From: a virus
Taxonomy: Duplodnaviria > Heunggongvirae > Uroviricota > Caudoviricetes
Length of the DNA: 64,000 nt
Virus record (IMG/VR): IMGVR_UViG_3300018080_000111
Reading direction: 5' to 3' (one strand)
Position 1 is the stretch's first letter; each line of letters opens with the position of its first letter. The notes beneath the pieces are model-generated. The model was not told where the DNA came from, did not search any database, and was given only the letters and a program-made list of their open reading frames with translations. This document shows, in pieces, positions 1-9,634 of the stretch. Made by a program: the position numbers and the translations under genes.

Positions 1-226
1 TTTTTGCTTTCCTAACTCTGTTTAAGGTTATGGATAGACCTTCCGCAATAAACCCAACAGTAGCATGTGCTTGATTTGTTTTTTGCCAATCGGAGGTGTA
101 AAGAATAAACATATACACGGATAATATGTCCGAAATATTTTTTACTTTATAGTCCCGCAAAGAAAGAATTTTATCAAAAGTACTCTTATGTGTGGCAATT
201 AGATTCTGGGTAGGACTACTCATTAT
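1..226 (-). CDS. hypothetical protein, partial (runs off the window start)
   Basis: Reverse-strand ATG at 226-224 and an open frame to position 1 (at least 75 codons, no stop). Not in the ORF track because it is truncated. Confidence 0.35.
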   Translation of the reverse strand, partial: MMSSPTQNLIATHKSTFDKILSLRDYKVKNISDILSVYMFILYTSDWQKTNQAHATVGFIAEGLSITLNRVRKAK

Positions 227-280
227 CTTCTACTCCTGGAAAAGTTAAAAAGCGAAAACATTATATCATCGCATTTCAAA

Positions 281-326
281 TTATTAGTCTATAAGCATTT
301 ATATTATTAGTCTATAAGCATTTATA
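281..326. repeat. 2 x 23-bp perfect tandem repeat (ttattagtctataagcatttata) in an intergenic region
   Basis: Read directly from the sequence. AT-rich, between two leftward genes. Confidence 0.8.
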
Positions 327-664
327 TGTTATTTCTTTGCCATCTTATTTTCCTACCATCAAAAATATGGCAGATCAAAACAGTCCAACACCTACACGGT
401 CTTTATCTTTTTAATCTCTTCAATATCCTCTTCAGAGAGGTCAAACCACTCTCCTTGTACTCTTTTGTCCTTAAATTCCTCATGAAAGGAGCTTTCTAAC
501 AAAGTACAATATTGACTTTTATCGAAGGAAGAAGTATTGGTGTGGGTTCTGGATAATTACAACCATTTAATTTTTTTACTCTAACTTCGGGATCTTGGGA
601 AGTTTCCCCGATTTTTACATACTTTCCTTTTTAGCAAAGTAGACATATCCTTTTTTCCTTTTAG

Positions 665-943
665 TTATGGATATTTTTGGGGTTTTGTTTCTTGGTTGTG
701 AATATCAATTTCTTTTTGAATTTTTAGAGTTATCTTATCGTTGTGTTCTTGAATTTCATCCGATCCGAAGCTTTTTAGTTCCTGTAAAGACTCTATAAGT
801 AAATTAATTTCTTCTGGAGTTGGCCAATACCCATAGCAATTGCCTACCGATACTCGCCCATCCTCGTATAGTGTAAATGAATATGATTCATTTACCCCTC
901 TGAAAGATTCAGCTATTTGCCCTCTGGATTTAATTCTATCCAT
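665..943 (-). CDS. hypothetical protein (92 aa)
   Basis: ORF in the leftward block. Its start overlaps the stop of the upstream leftward ORF (943), suggesting operon-like coupling. Confidence 0.5.
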   Translation of the reverse strand: MDRIKSRGQIAESFRGVNESYSFTLYEDGRVSVGNCYGYWPTPEEINLLIESLQELKSFGSDEIQEHNDKITLKIQKEIDIHNQETKPQKYP

Positions 944-1398
944 TACTCATCTCCCCCTTCCTCAAGGACTTTCTCAATATACTCCTGAACCCATTGGAGG
1001 CCTACGGCCCCTGCTTTTAGGTTTCGAAGGATTATTTTAAGGTGTTCTGTTTCGGCATCCATTCTAAGTCTCCTCTTCTGGAATTTCTTCAAAATTATTT
1101 GTGTGTAGTCCCCAGATAATTCTTCCGTCTCTGGTTGCGATTGTACAGTGGCCTTCCATATTTGGAATTTCTCCCAGGAATATGAATGGGCCTCTTTCCA
1201 CTCTCCAGTGATTGAGTTCAGGAGGAAAGCATCCCATATCTCCACAGTATCGAACAAGGGAGTATTGTCTTGGGGTTTTGAGGTTAGATAGATGTGTTTT
1301 ATAATACATTTTAATTCTGCTTCTTCTCTTGTGTCGAATGGACCAAATTTGCACGTCCATGTTTCATCCCAGAAGAACCATTCTTGGTTATTGAGCAT
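943..1398 (-). CDS. hypothetical protein (151 aa)
   Basis: Longest ORF in this interval. It overlaps and is preferred to the 1064..1360 alternative frame. Confidence 0.5.
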   Translation of the reverse strand: MLNNQEWFFWDETWTCKFGPFDTREEAELKCIIKHIYLTSKPQDNTPLFDTVEIWDAFLLNSITGEWKEAHSYSWEKFQIWKATVQSQPETEELSGDYTQIILKKFQKRRLRMDAETEHLKIILRNLKAGAVGLQWVQEYIEKVLEEGGDE

Positions 1399-1564
1399 TG
1401 TCGAATTGGGTCTGGATTATACGTCATATCTATTTTCCTAGTATATTGATTTTATCTAACATCTTTCGGGTAAATTCTCTCTTTAAAAAGCCGACTCGGT
1501 ATCTTTCGCCCTCTCAACCGATAGTTTACGTGAAAGTGTTGGACATCGGCTGCTCTACACCGCA

Positions 1565-1636
1565 CTAACCCCCCAGGACTCGAACCTGAATTGTGGGATC
1601 AAAACCTCCTGTGCTATCCATTACACTAAGGGGTTA
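1565..1636 (-). tRNA. tRNA-like gene (candidate anticodon UUG, Gln), non-canonical
   Basis: Reverse strand reads TAACCCC..TCAGG-TTCGAGT-CCTGG-GGGGTTA-G. The 7-bp acceptor stem is perfect and the T-arm carries the canonical GGTTCGAGTCC T-loop. The putative anticodon stem GGAGG/CCCAC has two internal mismatches. No encoded CCA. A TATAAT box lies about 12 nt upstream on the reverse strand. Confidence 0.5.
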
Positions 1637-1651
1637 TAATATTATACTGTT

Positions 1652-1903
1652 TTAGTCTCGTACTTCTCTTGCTTCTTCCTCTGCCGGATCATATTCAAGA
1701 ACCTGTCCAGTTCTATACGTCCCTGCAGGCAGTACAATTGTTTTATGCTCTTGATGGGTTACTTCACTTCCTTGTGGAGCATTTAATTGTAAACTATTAT
1801 CTCCGAATACTTCTTCAAAAACCACAACCTCTTTTCCTGCTGCTGCGTGATAGTGTCCTGTAACTTCTCCTTCTGCCAAATGATTGTTTTCTTTCTTCTT
1901 CAT
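1652..1903 (-). CDS. hypothetical protein (83 aa)
   Basis: ORF immediately downstream (on the leftward strand) of the tRNA. Confidence 0.45.
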   Translation of the reverse strand: MKKKENNHLAEGEVTGHYHAAAGKEVVVFEEVFGDNSLQLNAPQGSEVTHQEHKTIVLPAGTYRTGQVLEYDPAEEEAREVRD

Positions 1904-1918
1904 TTTTTACCCTTTCAA

Positions 1919-3457
1919 TTAAGTTAAAATAGTTGGAAGCGGTTTTATTGAACATTTTTCTTTTGGCGCTATTACAACATCTCCTTGTTGAAACCAATCT
2001 TTCCCGTTTGTATCAATTGGATATTCTTTAAACCAATTTGGTTTTCTAAAGTGTAATGCTTTTTCAACCGTACTACACTCGGGGGGTAATCCTTCAAGAT
2101 GATAGATCAGATTATTTTTGGTGGAAAGGGATGGATTAACCATTTTAAGTAAGGTCCACCCCTTTCCAATATTAAGATAAACTACTTCATAAAGATGTTT
2201 GAATATTTCTTTTCCATTGGAGATTAATAATTCCTTTTTATCCAGAACTTTCCCACCTAATTTATGGTGTAGTCTTTCATATCCTATCTTTCGGACAAAT
2301 TCCCTACGTTGTTCAGCATTTTTTAATTCATTTATTTTTCCTGGATCTATTTTGGTGTCTCTCGTTTCTGCCAACCATTGGGGAACTCTTACCCCGTTTA
2401 AGGACCAAATAGACCAACCGTTCTGATATGTGATTGCAGGACGACCTTCTTTATGCAGCCCATTTTCTCCCAAATGTATTTCTTTTGGTTTTTGGCAAAG
2501 AACACAGAAGTTTTCAAAAGGGTAGATTAAGGATAATTTAGTTGTGTCCCTCCAGGTTTCCCATAGTTTCTTTGGAAAAGAAATACCCAAAATTATATTA
2601 AAGTAGTCATAGAAGGATAAAATTGGGCTGGAAAATTGACCATCCAAATAAGGCCAAGTAAAGTTAGGTACTTGACTCCATACTTGACCCCCTACTTGAC
2701 TCTCTACTTGATCCCTTACTTGACTCCATACTTGATTCCATACTTGACTCCTTACTTGATCCACTACTTGACTCCATACTTGATTCCTTACTTGACTCTC
2801 TACTTGACTCTCTACTTGATTCCTTACTTGACTCCATACTTGACTCCATACTTGACTCCTTACTTGATTCCTTACTTGATTCCTTACTTGACTCTCTACT
2901 TGACCCCCTACTTGATCCACTACTTGATTCCTTACTTGATTCCTTACTTGATTCCTTACTTGACTCCCTACTTGACTCCCTACTTGACTCCCTACTTGAT
3001 TCCATACTTGACTCCCTACTTGACCCCTTACTTGACTCTCTACTTGACTCCATACTTGACTCCATACTTGACTCCATACTTGACCCCCTACTTGATTCCT
3101 TACTTGATTCCATACTTGACTCTCTACTTGATTCCTTACTTGACTCCCTACTTGATTCCTTACTTGACCCCTTACTTGACTCTCTACTTGACTGTCTACT
3201 TGACTCCATACTTGATTCCTTACTTGATCTCCTAGAGAATACAAATAGATTATCCCATACCAAGTTGTGATAGGACAATTAAAGATAAATATTGGAACTC
3301 TTTTCTTTTTTAGAATATTGTCGTATAAACTATAAATAATAGGGGTTGCTTCACTTAGGGTGAAGGGAGCAGTATTCAACCCTATTTTAATCCATTTGTC
3401 CCGAATAATAGGAATTTCTTTTTCTTTTTGTTCTGTTGTTAGTTTTTTAATCATCAA
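1919..3457 (-). CDS. repeat protein with about 47 tandem tetrapeptide [W/R/G/E][S/N]QV units between unique N- and C-terminal domains
   Basis: 512-aa ORF spanning the whole 12-bp repeat array in frame with unique flanks. A 170-aa C-terminal domain is non-repetitive and protein-like. Confidence 0.6.
   Translation of the reverse strand: MMIKKLTTEQKEKEIPIIRDKWIKIGLNTAPFTLSEATPIIYSLYDNILKKKRVPIFIFNCPITTWYGIIYLYSLGDQVRNQVWSQVDSQVESQVRGQVRNQVGSQVRNQVESQVWNQVRNQVGGQVWSQVWSQVWSQVESQVRGQVGSQVWNQVGSQVGSQVGSQVRNQVRNQVRNQVVDQVGGQVESQVRNQVRNQVRSQVWSQVWSQVRNQVESQVESQVRNQVWSQVVDQVRSQVWNQVWSQVRDQVESQVGGQVWSQVPNFTWPYLDGQFSSPILSFYDYFNIILGISFPKKLWETWRDTTKLSLIYPFENFCVLCQKPKEIHLGENGLHKEGRPAITYQNGWSIWSLNGVRVPQWLAETRDTKIDPGKINELKNAEQRREFVRKIGYERLHHKLGGKVLDKKELLISNGKEIFKHLYEVVYLNIGKGWTLLKMVNPSLSTKNNLIYHLEGLPPECSTVEKALHFRKPNWFKEYPIDTNGKDWFQQGDVVIAPKEKCSIKPLPTILT
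2669..3233. repeat. 12-bp tandem repeat array, about 47 units (consensus TACTTGA[C/T][T/C]C[C/T]N), inside the CDS
   Basis: Direct reading. The period of 12 equals 4 codons. Most units contain GANTC (GACTC or GATTC). Confidence 0.9.
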
Positions 3458-3638
3458 ATATCCACCTATCTATATTATACTTTTAACCAGGGTTTGATTT
3501 GGGATTTTCCGAACCTCCTCCATTCTCTCGGTAACGTTTGACTAATATACACGTTTCATCCTTACAGTTTTCCGGACCAACACAGTAAGAATACTTTCTT
3601 TTTGGTCCATCACACAGATAAACTTTCATTTTAAGCTC

Positions 3639-3980
3639 CTACTTCAATCTCTTTCGATTCAAAGATCTAAGTTTATTGTAAAACTTGATGGGTTCTTGAA
3701 AAGAATCATATTCTGTATATCTACAATCAAACTCTGGATCAACCAGAGCACCTGGACAATTAGAACACATCGATCCATTCTCCTCTTGATCATATTTACA
3801 AAAGAAACATCCACAACATATATCTGATTCGACATATCCTTCCTTATTAAACCAGATCGACTTTAATTCATTAATATCCCTACTATTCCCTTTTCTCACT
3901 TGATCTGAGATCCATCTCCACATCCTTAGACATTCCTTCCATACATCATCTAACTTAGTTGGCACTTCTATATATTTCAT
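3639..3980 (-). CDS. Cys-rich putative zinc-binding protein (113 aa)
   Basis: Motif CCGCFFC...CSNC...C. Start abuts the stop of the HNH gene. Confidence 0.5.
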   Translation of the reverse strand: MKYIEVPTKLDDVWKECLRMWRWISDQVRKGNSRDINELKSIWFNKEGYVESDICCGCFFCKYDQEENGSMCSNCPGALVDPEFDCRYTEYDSFQEPIKFYNKLRSLNRKRLK

Positions 3981-3981
3981 T

Positions 3982-4491
3982 TTAAGCTCCTACTAGAACC
4001 AGTTCATTGCATGATTGTCTTTTTCTTTTCTTCCTCTTTTTGTAATGGTTTATCTCTTCTTTGGTTTTATTTCCTTTTTTCTGATTACAGGGTTGGCACA
4101 TAACTTGGTAATTGTCTTGATGATTTGGCCCCCTTTTTGATTTGGGAATAATATGATCTTTTGTCATTAAGGTGATTTCTTCCCCATCAATATGGTAGAG
4201 ATTAAGATGGAAAAGAGGTTTCCCATTTTCGGTTTCTCTTTGATCGACACTTAGTACATTTCCGATTTTTCCACAAGAGACACAAATAAGGCTTCTCTCA
4301 AATAGTCGATATCTCTGAGAGGTGATTTTAATTGGAACCAATCCTTTTTCCGATCCAATGAAGATCCTCCTCTTATTCCTATTGTTCTTAGCTGTCCGAA
4401 TATTCCAGAGAAAATGTTTTGGAACAAATCTTAGGATAGAGGTCAGTCCATTTTTCATTTGTATGTTACCAGTTTCATTAATTGGACTCAT
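3982..4491 (-). CDS. HNH endonuclease
   Basis: The C-terminus HIDGEE...DHIIPKSKRGPNHQDNYQVMCQPCNQKKG matches the HNH His-Asn-His/Cys pattern. Confidence 0.75.
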   Translation of the reverse strand: MSPINETGNIQMKNGLTSILRFVPKHFLWNIRTAKNNRNKRRIFIGSEKGLVPIKITSQRYRLFERSLICVSCGKIGNVLSVDQRETENGKPLFHLNLYHIDGEEITLMTKDHIIPKSKRGPNHQDNYQVMCQPCNQKKGNKTKEEINHYKKRKKRKRQSCNELVLVGA

Positions 4492-4817
4492 TTACGTTTC
4501 CTCTAAAACAGGTGAAGCAAAGGGGTTCGTCCTCATACCAGACAGTTTTTCCTGGCTCTAATTCCGTTTGACAGTTGGAACAATTCTCTCCCATAGAATG
4601 TAGTTTCTTTTCAACTTCTTCCAAGGTGGAGCACTTAAACCCCACTAAATTTTTGGAAGATAGATTGGAAAGTAAGAATCCCTCTTCTTGGATTTCAAGA
4701 ACTACAAGTCCTTTTTCACTTGCTCTTTTTCTCAGATTGAATAGTTTCGTAATCTCCCTTTCGCATTAAACCCTATATTTAAAATATAGCCCACTTTTCC
4801 GGGAAGGCCAAATAAAA

Positions 4818-4891
4818 TCTCCCAGGTCAGATTTGAATTGACAACTTCTCGGCCCCAAACCGAGCACTCTGCCAAGTTAAGCTACTGGGAG
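4818..4891 (-). tRNA. tRNA-Pro(UGG)-like
   Basis: Reverse strand reads CTCCCAG-TA-GCTT-AACTTGGCA-GAGT-G-CTCGG-TTTGGGG-CCGAG-AAGTT-GTCAA-TTCAAAT-CTGAC-CTGGGAG-A. The 7-bp acceptor and 5-bp anticodon stems are perfect, the loop is UU-UGG-GG, and the D-loop has A14/G18G19/A21. The T-stem has one A53/C61 mismatch. No encoded CCA. Confidence 0.6.
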
Positions 4892-5118
4892 AAAGAAGAG
4901 AAAAGCATTGAACTCCTAAAATCCAATAGGATCAAATCTCCTTCAGCATTTTCTCTTTTGCTCATATTTCCAATATTTCCCTAATTTTCTTCCATTTCTC
5001 TCCCATTTGTGATATCCGAAGACAGCCTATTAAATCTGTTATCTGGTTTTGTCCTAACATTCCAGGGTCCGACCCATGATACACTTGGCGATGGATAAAT
5101 TGACCATTTTTTCATCTC

Positions 5119-6006
5119 CTACATATCATCTGGGTGACGAAATCCATCAAATACTGGGAATCGGGGAGCCTCTTTCACCCCATAAGGTTGATACCTATAA
5201 CGTGCTATTTGTCCCAGGTACTTATCCGGATTCTCCCAAATTTCCTTTCTCTTCTCATCATCAAAGCCGGTTCCGATGGAGAATTCAATCCCCGTCTTGA
5301 GATCTCGAACCCTCAGATTCCCCAAAGTCCCCGCCGGAACCATTCCGTCTTTGTGGTGACTCCTTTCGGTATGTCCAAAGACATCCTCCTTAGCCTCGTT
5401 TTGGTTATGCATCTTCTCTTCGAACCCAAGTACTACTGCCTCTCCATGTTCAAAACGTTTGATTTTCAACAAATATCCTTCTTTCTCCGTGGATCGTCCA
5501 TTTTTATAGGGTCCTTTGGGGTCTCGGATTATTACTCCCTCATATCCTTCCTCAAGGCACTTCTCTTCAAAGGCATCCAAGACCTCTTGGTTATAGATCC
5601 AGACAGGAAGTACTTTTTTCAGGTGGGGGATACTGTTATTTAGAAGGTCCAGATTGTTCATTCTATCTCCATATGGGACTTCCGTCTTTCCCTGGACCAC
5701 ATAATCAAATACCCAATATTCAAAGTTCTCGGCGTCCTCTGGCTTCCCGGACTTACTTCTCATAATAGTTCCGGTAGCTTCCCCGAAGGCTTTTCCCGGG
5801 ATCATAAGTTCTCCATCACATCCATCCGGAAAGTTCTTTACAACCTCCTCTCGGATATATGGATTAGGAATAGGTTTGAACTTTCTGGAAACCGCCCGCC
5901 CATTGATAACCAGACAACGTACCCCATCCAGTTTAGGGGTCGCAAGGACTGGAAAATTAATAGGCCTATTCGTGTATCTTCCTGCAAGCATTGGTTTCGT
6001 AATCAT
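5119..6006 (-). CDS. ATP-dependent DNA ligase (compact, 295 aa)
   Basis: Motif I KLDGVR (TPKLDGVRC), motif III-like CDGELMI, motif IV-like EGYEGVIIRD, motif V-like LLKIKRFE. The size resembles minimal viral ligases. Confidence 0.75.
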   Translation of the reverse strand: MITKPMLAGRYTNRPINFPVLATPKLDGVRCLVINGRAVSRKFKPIPNPYIREEVVKNFPDGCDGELMIPGKAFGEATGTIMRSKSGKPEDAENFEYWVFDYVVQGKTEVPYGDRMNNLDLLNNSIPHLKKVLPVWIYNQEVLDAFEEKCLEEGYEGVIIRDPKGPYKNGRSTEKEGYLLKIKRFEHGEAVVLGFEEKMHNQNEAKEDVFGHTERSHHKDGMVPAGTLGNLRVRDLKTGIEFSIGTGFDDEKRKEIWENPDKYLGQIARYRYQPYGVKEAPRFPVFDGFRHPDDM

Positions 6007-6015
6007 TTTGTTTTC

Positions 6016-6690
6016 CTAAAGATCAGTCTTTTTGATTTTCTTTAATAATTTTCCTTCGTACCCAAAGAGATACCAGTCATCCCCATTGAATACAGGGATA
6101 ACTCCTCTTTCCCAAAGATCAATTCCAGATTGGTAGGGGTTTTTTCCTTCTGGATGCTTAATGTATTTCCATTTCTTTAGGTTGAAGAAAGAGGAAATAT
6201 AGGCCCCTACAGAATCCACTACAGAATCCCATACAGAAATCCAGGTTTTTAGAAGTTCAAGATCCTTTTTGGAAATTCTGGTTCTCTTTCTGTCTTTAAG
6301 CGGATGAACAATGGGCTTTAAAATTAGTTCCGGAGGAGCCAATTTGGAAAAGTCCAATTGGCAAATCTTCCGAAGAACCTGTTTTTGGTCATCCTCACAA
6401 TTAATTTGATCAACAATAAACCTTCTATCCAAAGGACGATATTCATATTTGTTGACCTTATCATCGTCAAGTCCAAAAAAAGCAGAGATTGAACTATGGG
6501 AATCCGGATAGAAGGTATTTCTGGACTTATCTACTAAAGTTCCTTCTTTGATTTCTTTTCTTTGTTCCCCATTGAAAAAGTAAACTTTTCCTTTTCCATT
6601 GGACACGCATGAAAACCAATTACACATAATTATTCTCCTAATTAATAAAGTCCCCGCACTTTTCCACTCTCCTCCGATAGTCCTCCACAA
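6016..6690 (-). CDS. hypothetical protein (224 aa)
   Basis: ORF in the leftward block. Confidence 0.5.
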   Translation of the reverse strand: MWRTIGGEWKSAGTLLIRRIIMCNWFSCVSNGKGKVYFFNGEQRKEIKEGTLVDKSRNTFYPDSHSSISAFFGLDDDKVNKYEYRPLDRRFIVDQINCEDDQKQVLRKICQLDFSKLAPPELILKPIVHPLKDRKRTRISKKDLELLKTWISVWDSVVDSVGAYISSFFNLKKWKYIKHPEGKNPYQSGIDLWERGVIPVFNGDDWYLFGYEGKLLKKIKKTDL

Positions 6691-6705
6691 AATGTCGTAG
6701 TATAT

Positions 6706-7299
6706 TCAGTCATTTTCAGTTTCCCTCTTCAAATTTGAAAAAGAGTCTCGGCGAATCAAGCCGATGGATTGTTTGTCGCCCCGAAGAGCCAGCGCAACTC
6801 GCTTGCGGCTCAACGGTTTTTTGAACCACGTGGGCGACAAGGATCGCCGTGGGTCTAATAGCTCCGCCGCGCACAACCGTTCGACCGCCTCCTCGATAGT
6901 TGACGGCTTTTCTGCGTCAAATCTCGCTTTTTCTAATAAGAGGTCATAAGCGTACTTTGCGGCCTGCTCGGCGGTTTGAAACCAGTTCTTTCCAAGGAGT
7001 TGTTCACGAACAAACCCTTTACGGCTCATGATGTGATTGGCGTGACCCTCGGATTTACACCCGATTCGTTTGCCTTCGACCGAATAAGCACTGCCTAATG
7101 TTGAGCCAGGAATGACTATATACCACATTAATTCCGGCTCGACCTCCAACTCATCTTCCACAGCTCTTCGCGTAAATATCTCACCCTCCATAATCCTCGC
7201 AGATCTCTTACATATCTCGGCAAACCCTTCGCCCACGTTTTTGGTTCGCCTTACAAACCCAGCGTAAATTGTTATCTTTGCTATTTTCCACCTCAACAA
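6706..7299 (-). CDS. hypothetical protein (197 aa) encoded on a GC-rich island
   Basis: Long ORF. Local GC is visibly higher than the flanks (runs such as gccccgaagagccagcgcaactcgcttgcggctc). Confidence 0.5.
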   Translation of the reverse strand: MLRWKIAKITIYAGFVRRTKNVGEGFAEICKRSARIMEGEIFTRRAVEDELEVEPELMWYIVIPGSTLGSAYSVEGKRIGCKSEGHANHIMSRKGFVREQLLGKNWFQTAEQAAKYAYDLLLEKARFDAEKPSTIEEAVERLCAAELLDPRRSLSPTWFKKPLSRKRVALALRGDKQSIGLIRRDSFSNLKRETEND

Positions 7300-7314
7300 T
7301 TCAAAAATGAACTT

Positions 7315-7557
7315 TTAATTCCAAAACCACCAATCTCGTATCGGTGCCCCATTATTATCACATTTGTGCCAGCCTTCGGATACTTTCTTCTTCCAGTACT
7401 TCTTGGCATCGTCCTTAGTAAGGACTTTATCAATGTAGGAGGTTGCTCCTAAACATCCGTGGATTCCAATAGAGCCAGCGTTCATGGAATAGAACTTGAT
7501 AAAAAGGATGGAAATATTATACCTTAAAGTCCCCATATGCTTTTGTGCCCCTATCAT
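7315..7557 (-). CDS. hypothetical protein (80 aa)
   Basis: First gene of the leftward block. The conserved promoter-like motif is about 30 nt upstream. Confidence 0.4.
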   Translation of the reverse strand: MIGAQKHMGTLRYNISILFIKFYSMNAGSIGIHGCLGATSYIDKVLTKDDAKKYWKKKVSEGWHKCDNNGAPIRDWWFWN

Positions 7558-7582
7558 CCTAAATCCCCCAAAAAGTTTCCCC

Positions 7583-7608
7583 CTTACATTTAAATTATAA
7601 CCTATTTT
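7583..7608 (-). promoter_or_regulatory. conserved 26-bp divergent-promoter motif (plus strand cttacatttaaattataacctatttt; TATAAT on the minus strand), copy 1
   Basis: Identical 26-mer recurs at 31615..31640. Both copies sit in AT-rich divergent intergenic regions, 13-38 nt upstream of a leftward gene's start. Confidence 0.45.
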
Positions 7609-7840
7609 AAAGGAAAAACAAACAAAAAATCCAGAATTTTTAAAATTTTTAGGTATCCAATAATACCCTAATTATTGAACTAAAAACAATTGGTTTCCTA
7701 ATACCATTCCTAAGGCCAAATTATTATACTAAAAAATCCATATTATTTATGCCATTTACTCAATATAATTAATGATATGTAGCAAGGAAGATCACTTTTA
7801 TAGTAAACCCCTTTTTTAATTCAAAAATAAAGGTTTTATA

Positions 7841-9634
7841 GTGGAGATATATAATCCATTTACCCTCCTTAGGGACTTAACCAAAAAGTCCCCAACCATT
7901 TCAGCAGACGTCCTGGATCAAGGAAAGCTCACCCAGAAGGAAAAGGAACTCATCCGAAGGGTGGGAATTACTTTCAGCCAATTGCAAAGGGATATCCAGG
8001 CTGATGTAAGTGTTACGTGGGACCGTCAACGTTACACTGCACAACTAAACCGATCACTTGACCATGCACTTATGGCAGCAGCAGTGAGACTTTACGCGAC
8101 GTCTTCCTGCACAATGTCGCCGATTCATAACGCGTCCGTCTGGGTAACGAGTGAAAGTTCAAAGTACCAAAAGATACTATCGAACTTCCTGGATGATATA
8201 GGTATAGAAGAAAAGATCTATGACTGGGCTTGGACAGTTGCGGCCTTTGGTGATTTGTTTGTAGAGGTAAAAGGACTTCCTAATCTAGGAGTAGTATCCA
8301 TTCAGGATGATAGGAATCCCATTGAAATTAGTAGGGTAGAGCATGATGGTATTTTAGTAGGATTTTATGATACTCCCTTAGGCCAGAGCTCAAATACAAG
8401 TGAACAGGCCTTAATTGAGCCCTGGAAGTATGTACATTTCCGCCTTTTGGGAGCCAAGCGAACCAGACCCCAGTTTGGGGATCCCTCCTACACAGAGTTC
8501 AAAACGATGTCCTTAATGTTAGGGCATGATACTAGACAGGCCTCAACCAGATATGGCACTTCCCTCATATTAGATGCACTTCCTACGTATAGAAGATTGA
8601 GGATGGCAGAGGATAGTTTACTTCTGGCCAGGATGACAAGAGGAATACTTAGGTACATTTATACACTGAAGGTTGATGCAAATAATGCGGAAATGCTTGA
8701 TTCCCTTATTGATCAAATAGCAAATACACTAAAAAGGGCCAGGACGATTAATACATCCGATAGTGACCCTAATTTTTCGTCAAAGGAAAATCCATTCGGA
8801 GTAACAGAAGATCTTTTCCTACCTCTTCCAGATACTAATGATTTGGCCATAGATGAGATAGGTGGGAATCCGGATATCCGTTGGATTGTGGATGTGGAAG
8901 AACTTAAGCAACAATTGGCTTGTGCTCTAAGTACACCACTTTCCTTACTGGGCGGATATGTGGATGAGGCCACCGGGTCCTTAGGATCTGAGGCCATTGA
9001 ACAATTGGACATTGGTTTCGCAAGAAACTCTCGTAGATTACAAAGAGCCCTTATTATGGGGATTAAGAGACTGTGTCAAATTCATCTGGCCTACCAGAAC
9101 TTAGATCCAGATCCAGCACTGTTTGAAGTGAACATGTCTAGTCCAAGTACGGCAGAGGAAAAGCAACTTCAAGAAAATCTGGCCGAAGGAACGGAAACCA
9201 TTGAACGATTTATGGATATGTTGGAAAAAGTGGACTCTGATTTGGACCAAGAAAAGATATTCAATTATCTAAATCAGAAGATCTTAAAGTTAGAGGACTT
9301 CGATCTATCTCAGTTCAAGAAGGGGGCTCAGACCATAATTGTGGGCGAAAGTAAGGAGAATGAGTATAAGAGGTATCCTATTTACAATACGGATTTAATG
9401 TCCTTCTTGCCTTTGACTACTAGGAAGTTACTTAAGGAAGGGAGAGATATTGGTCCATATCTGAGAGAAAGATCAACCCTACTTTTCCAGAACAGATGGG
9501 AGAAGGATTGGAAGGATCGATATGGAAGTGCAGTAATAAAGGAACATAAAAGAGATGAGAAGCCCTCTCGTCAAATGACACTTGAGGATGAACAGAGGAG
9601 AACGGAAGTATCCGAGATGGGGGATCCCAGGTAA
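7841..9634 (+). CDS. portal protein (T4 gp20-like)
   Basis: 597 aa. The segment DEIGGNPDIRWIVDVEELKQQLACALSTPLSLLGG parallels the T4 gp20 motif ...[25 protein letters not shown]. First gene of the rightward structural block. Confidence 0.7.
   Translation: MEIYNPFTLLRDLTKKSPTISADVLDQGKLTQKEKELIRRVGITFSQLQRDIQADVSVTWDRQRYTAQLNRSLDHALMAAAVRLYATSSCTMSPIHNASVWVTSESSKYQKILSNFLDDIGIEEKIYDWAWTVAAFGDLFVEVKGLPNLGVVSIQDDRNPIEISRVEHDGILVGFYDTPLGQSSNTSEQALIEPWKYVHFRLLGAKRTRPQFGDPSYTEFKTMSLMLGHDTRQASTRYGTSLILDALPTYRRLRMAEDSLLLARMTRGILRYIYTLKVDANNAEMLDSLIDQIANTLKRARTINTSDSDPNFSSKENPFGVTEDLFLPLPDTNDLAIDEIGGNPDIRWIVDVEELKQQLACALSTPLSLLGGYVDEATGSLGSEAIEQLDIGFARNSRRLQRALIMGIKRLCQIHLAYQNLDPDPALFEVNMSSPSTAEEKQLQENLAEGTETIERFMDMLEKVDSDLDQEKIFNYLNQKILKLEDFDLSQFKKGAQTIIVGESKENEYKRYPIYNTDLMSFLPLTTRKLLKEGRDIGPYLRERSTLLFQNRWEKDWKDRYGSAVIKEHKRDEKPSRQMTLEDEQRRTEVSEMGDPR

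Noticed and set aside
1064-1360. 98-aa ORF overlapping 943..1398 on the same strand
   Set aside because: It is an alternative frame nested wholly within a longer ORF, and its start has no independent support.
2636-3278. ORF-track entries 2636..3235 (+) and 2664..3278 (-) across the 12-bp array; possible CRISPR-like array
   Set aside because: These are alternative frames of the same phased 12-bp repeat and stay open only because the unit has no stops. The 1919..3457 frame is chosen because it joins unique flanking domains. It is not a CRISPR: the units are contiguous with no spacers.
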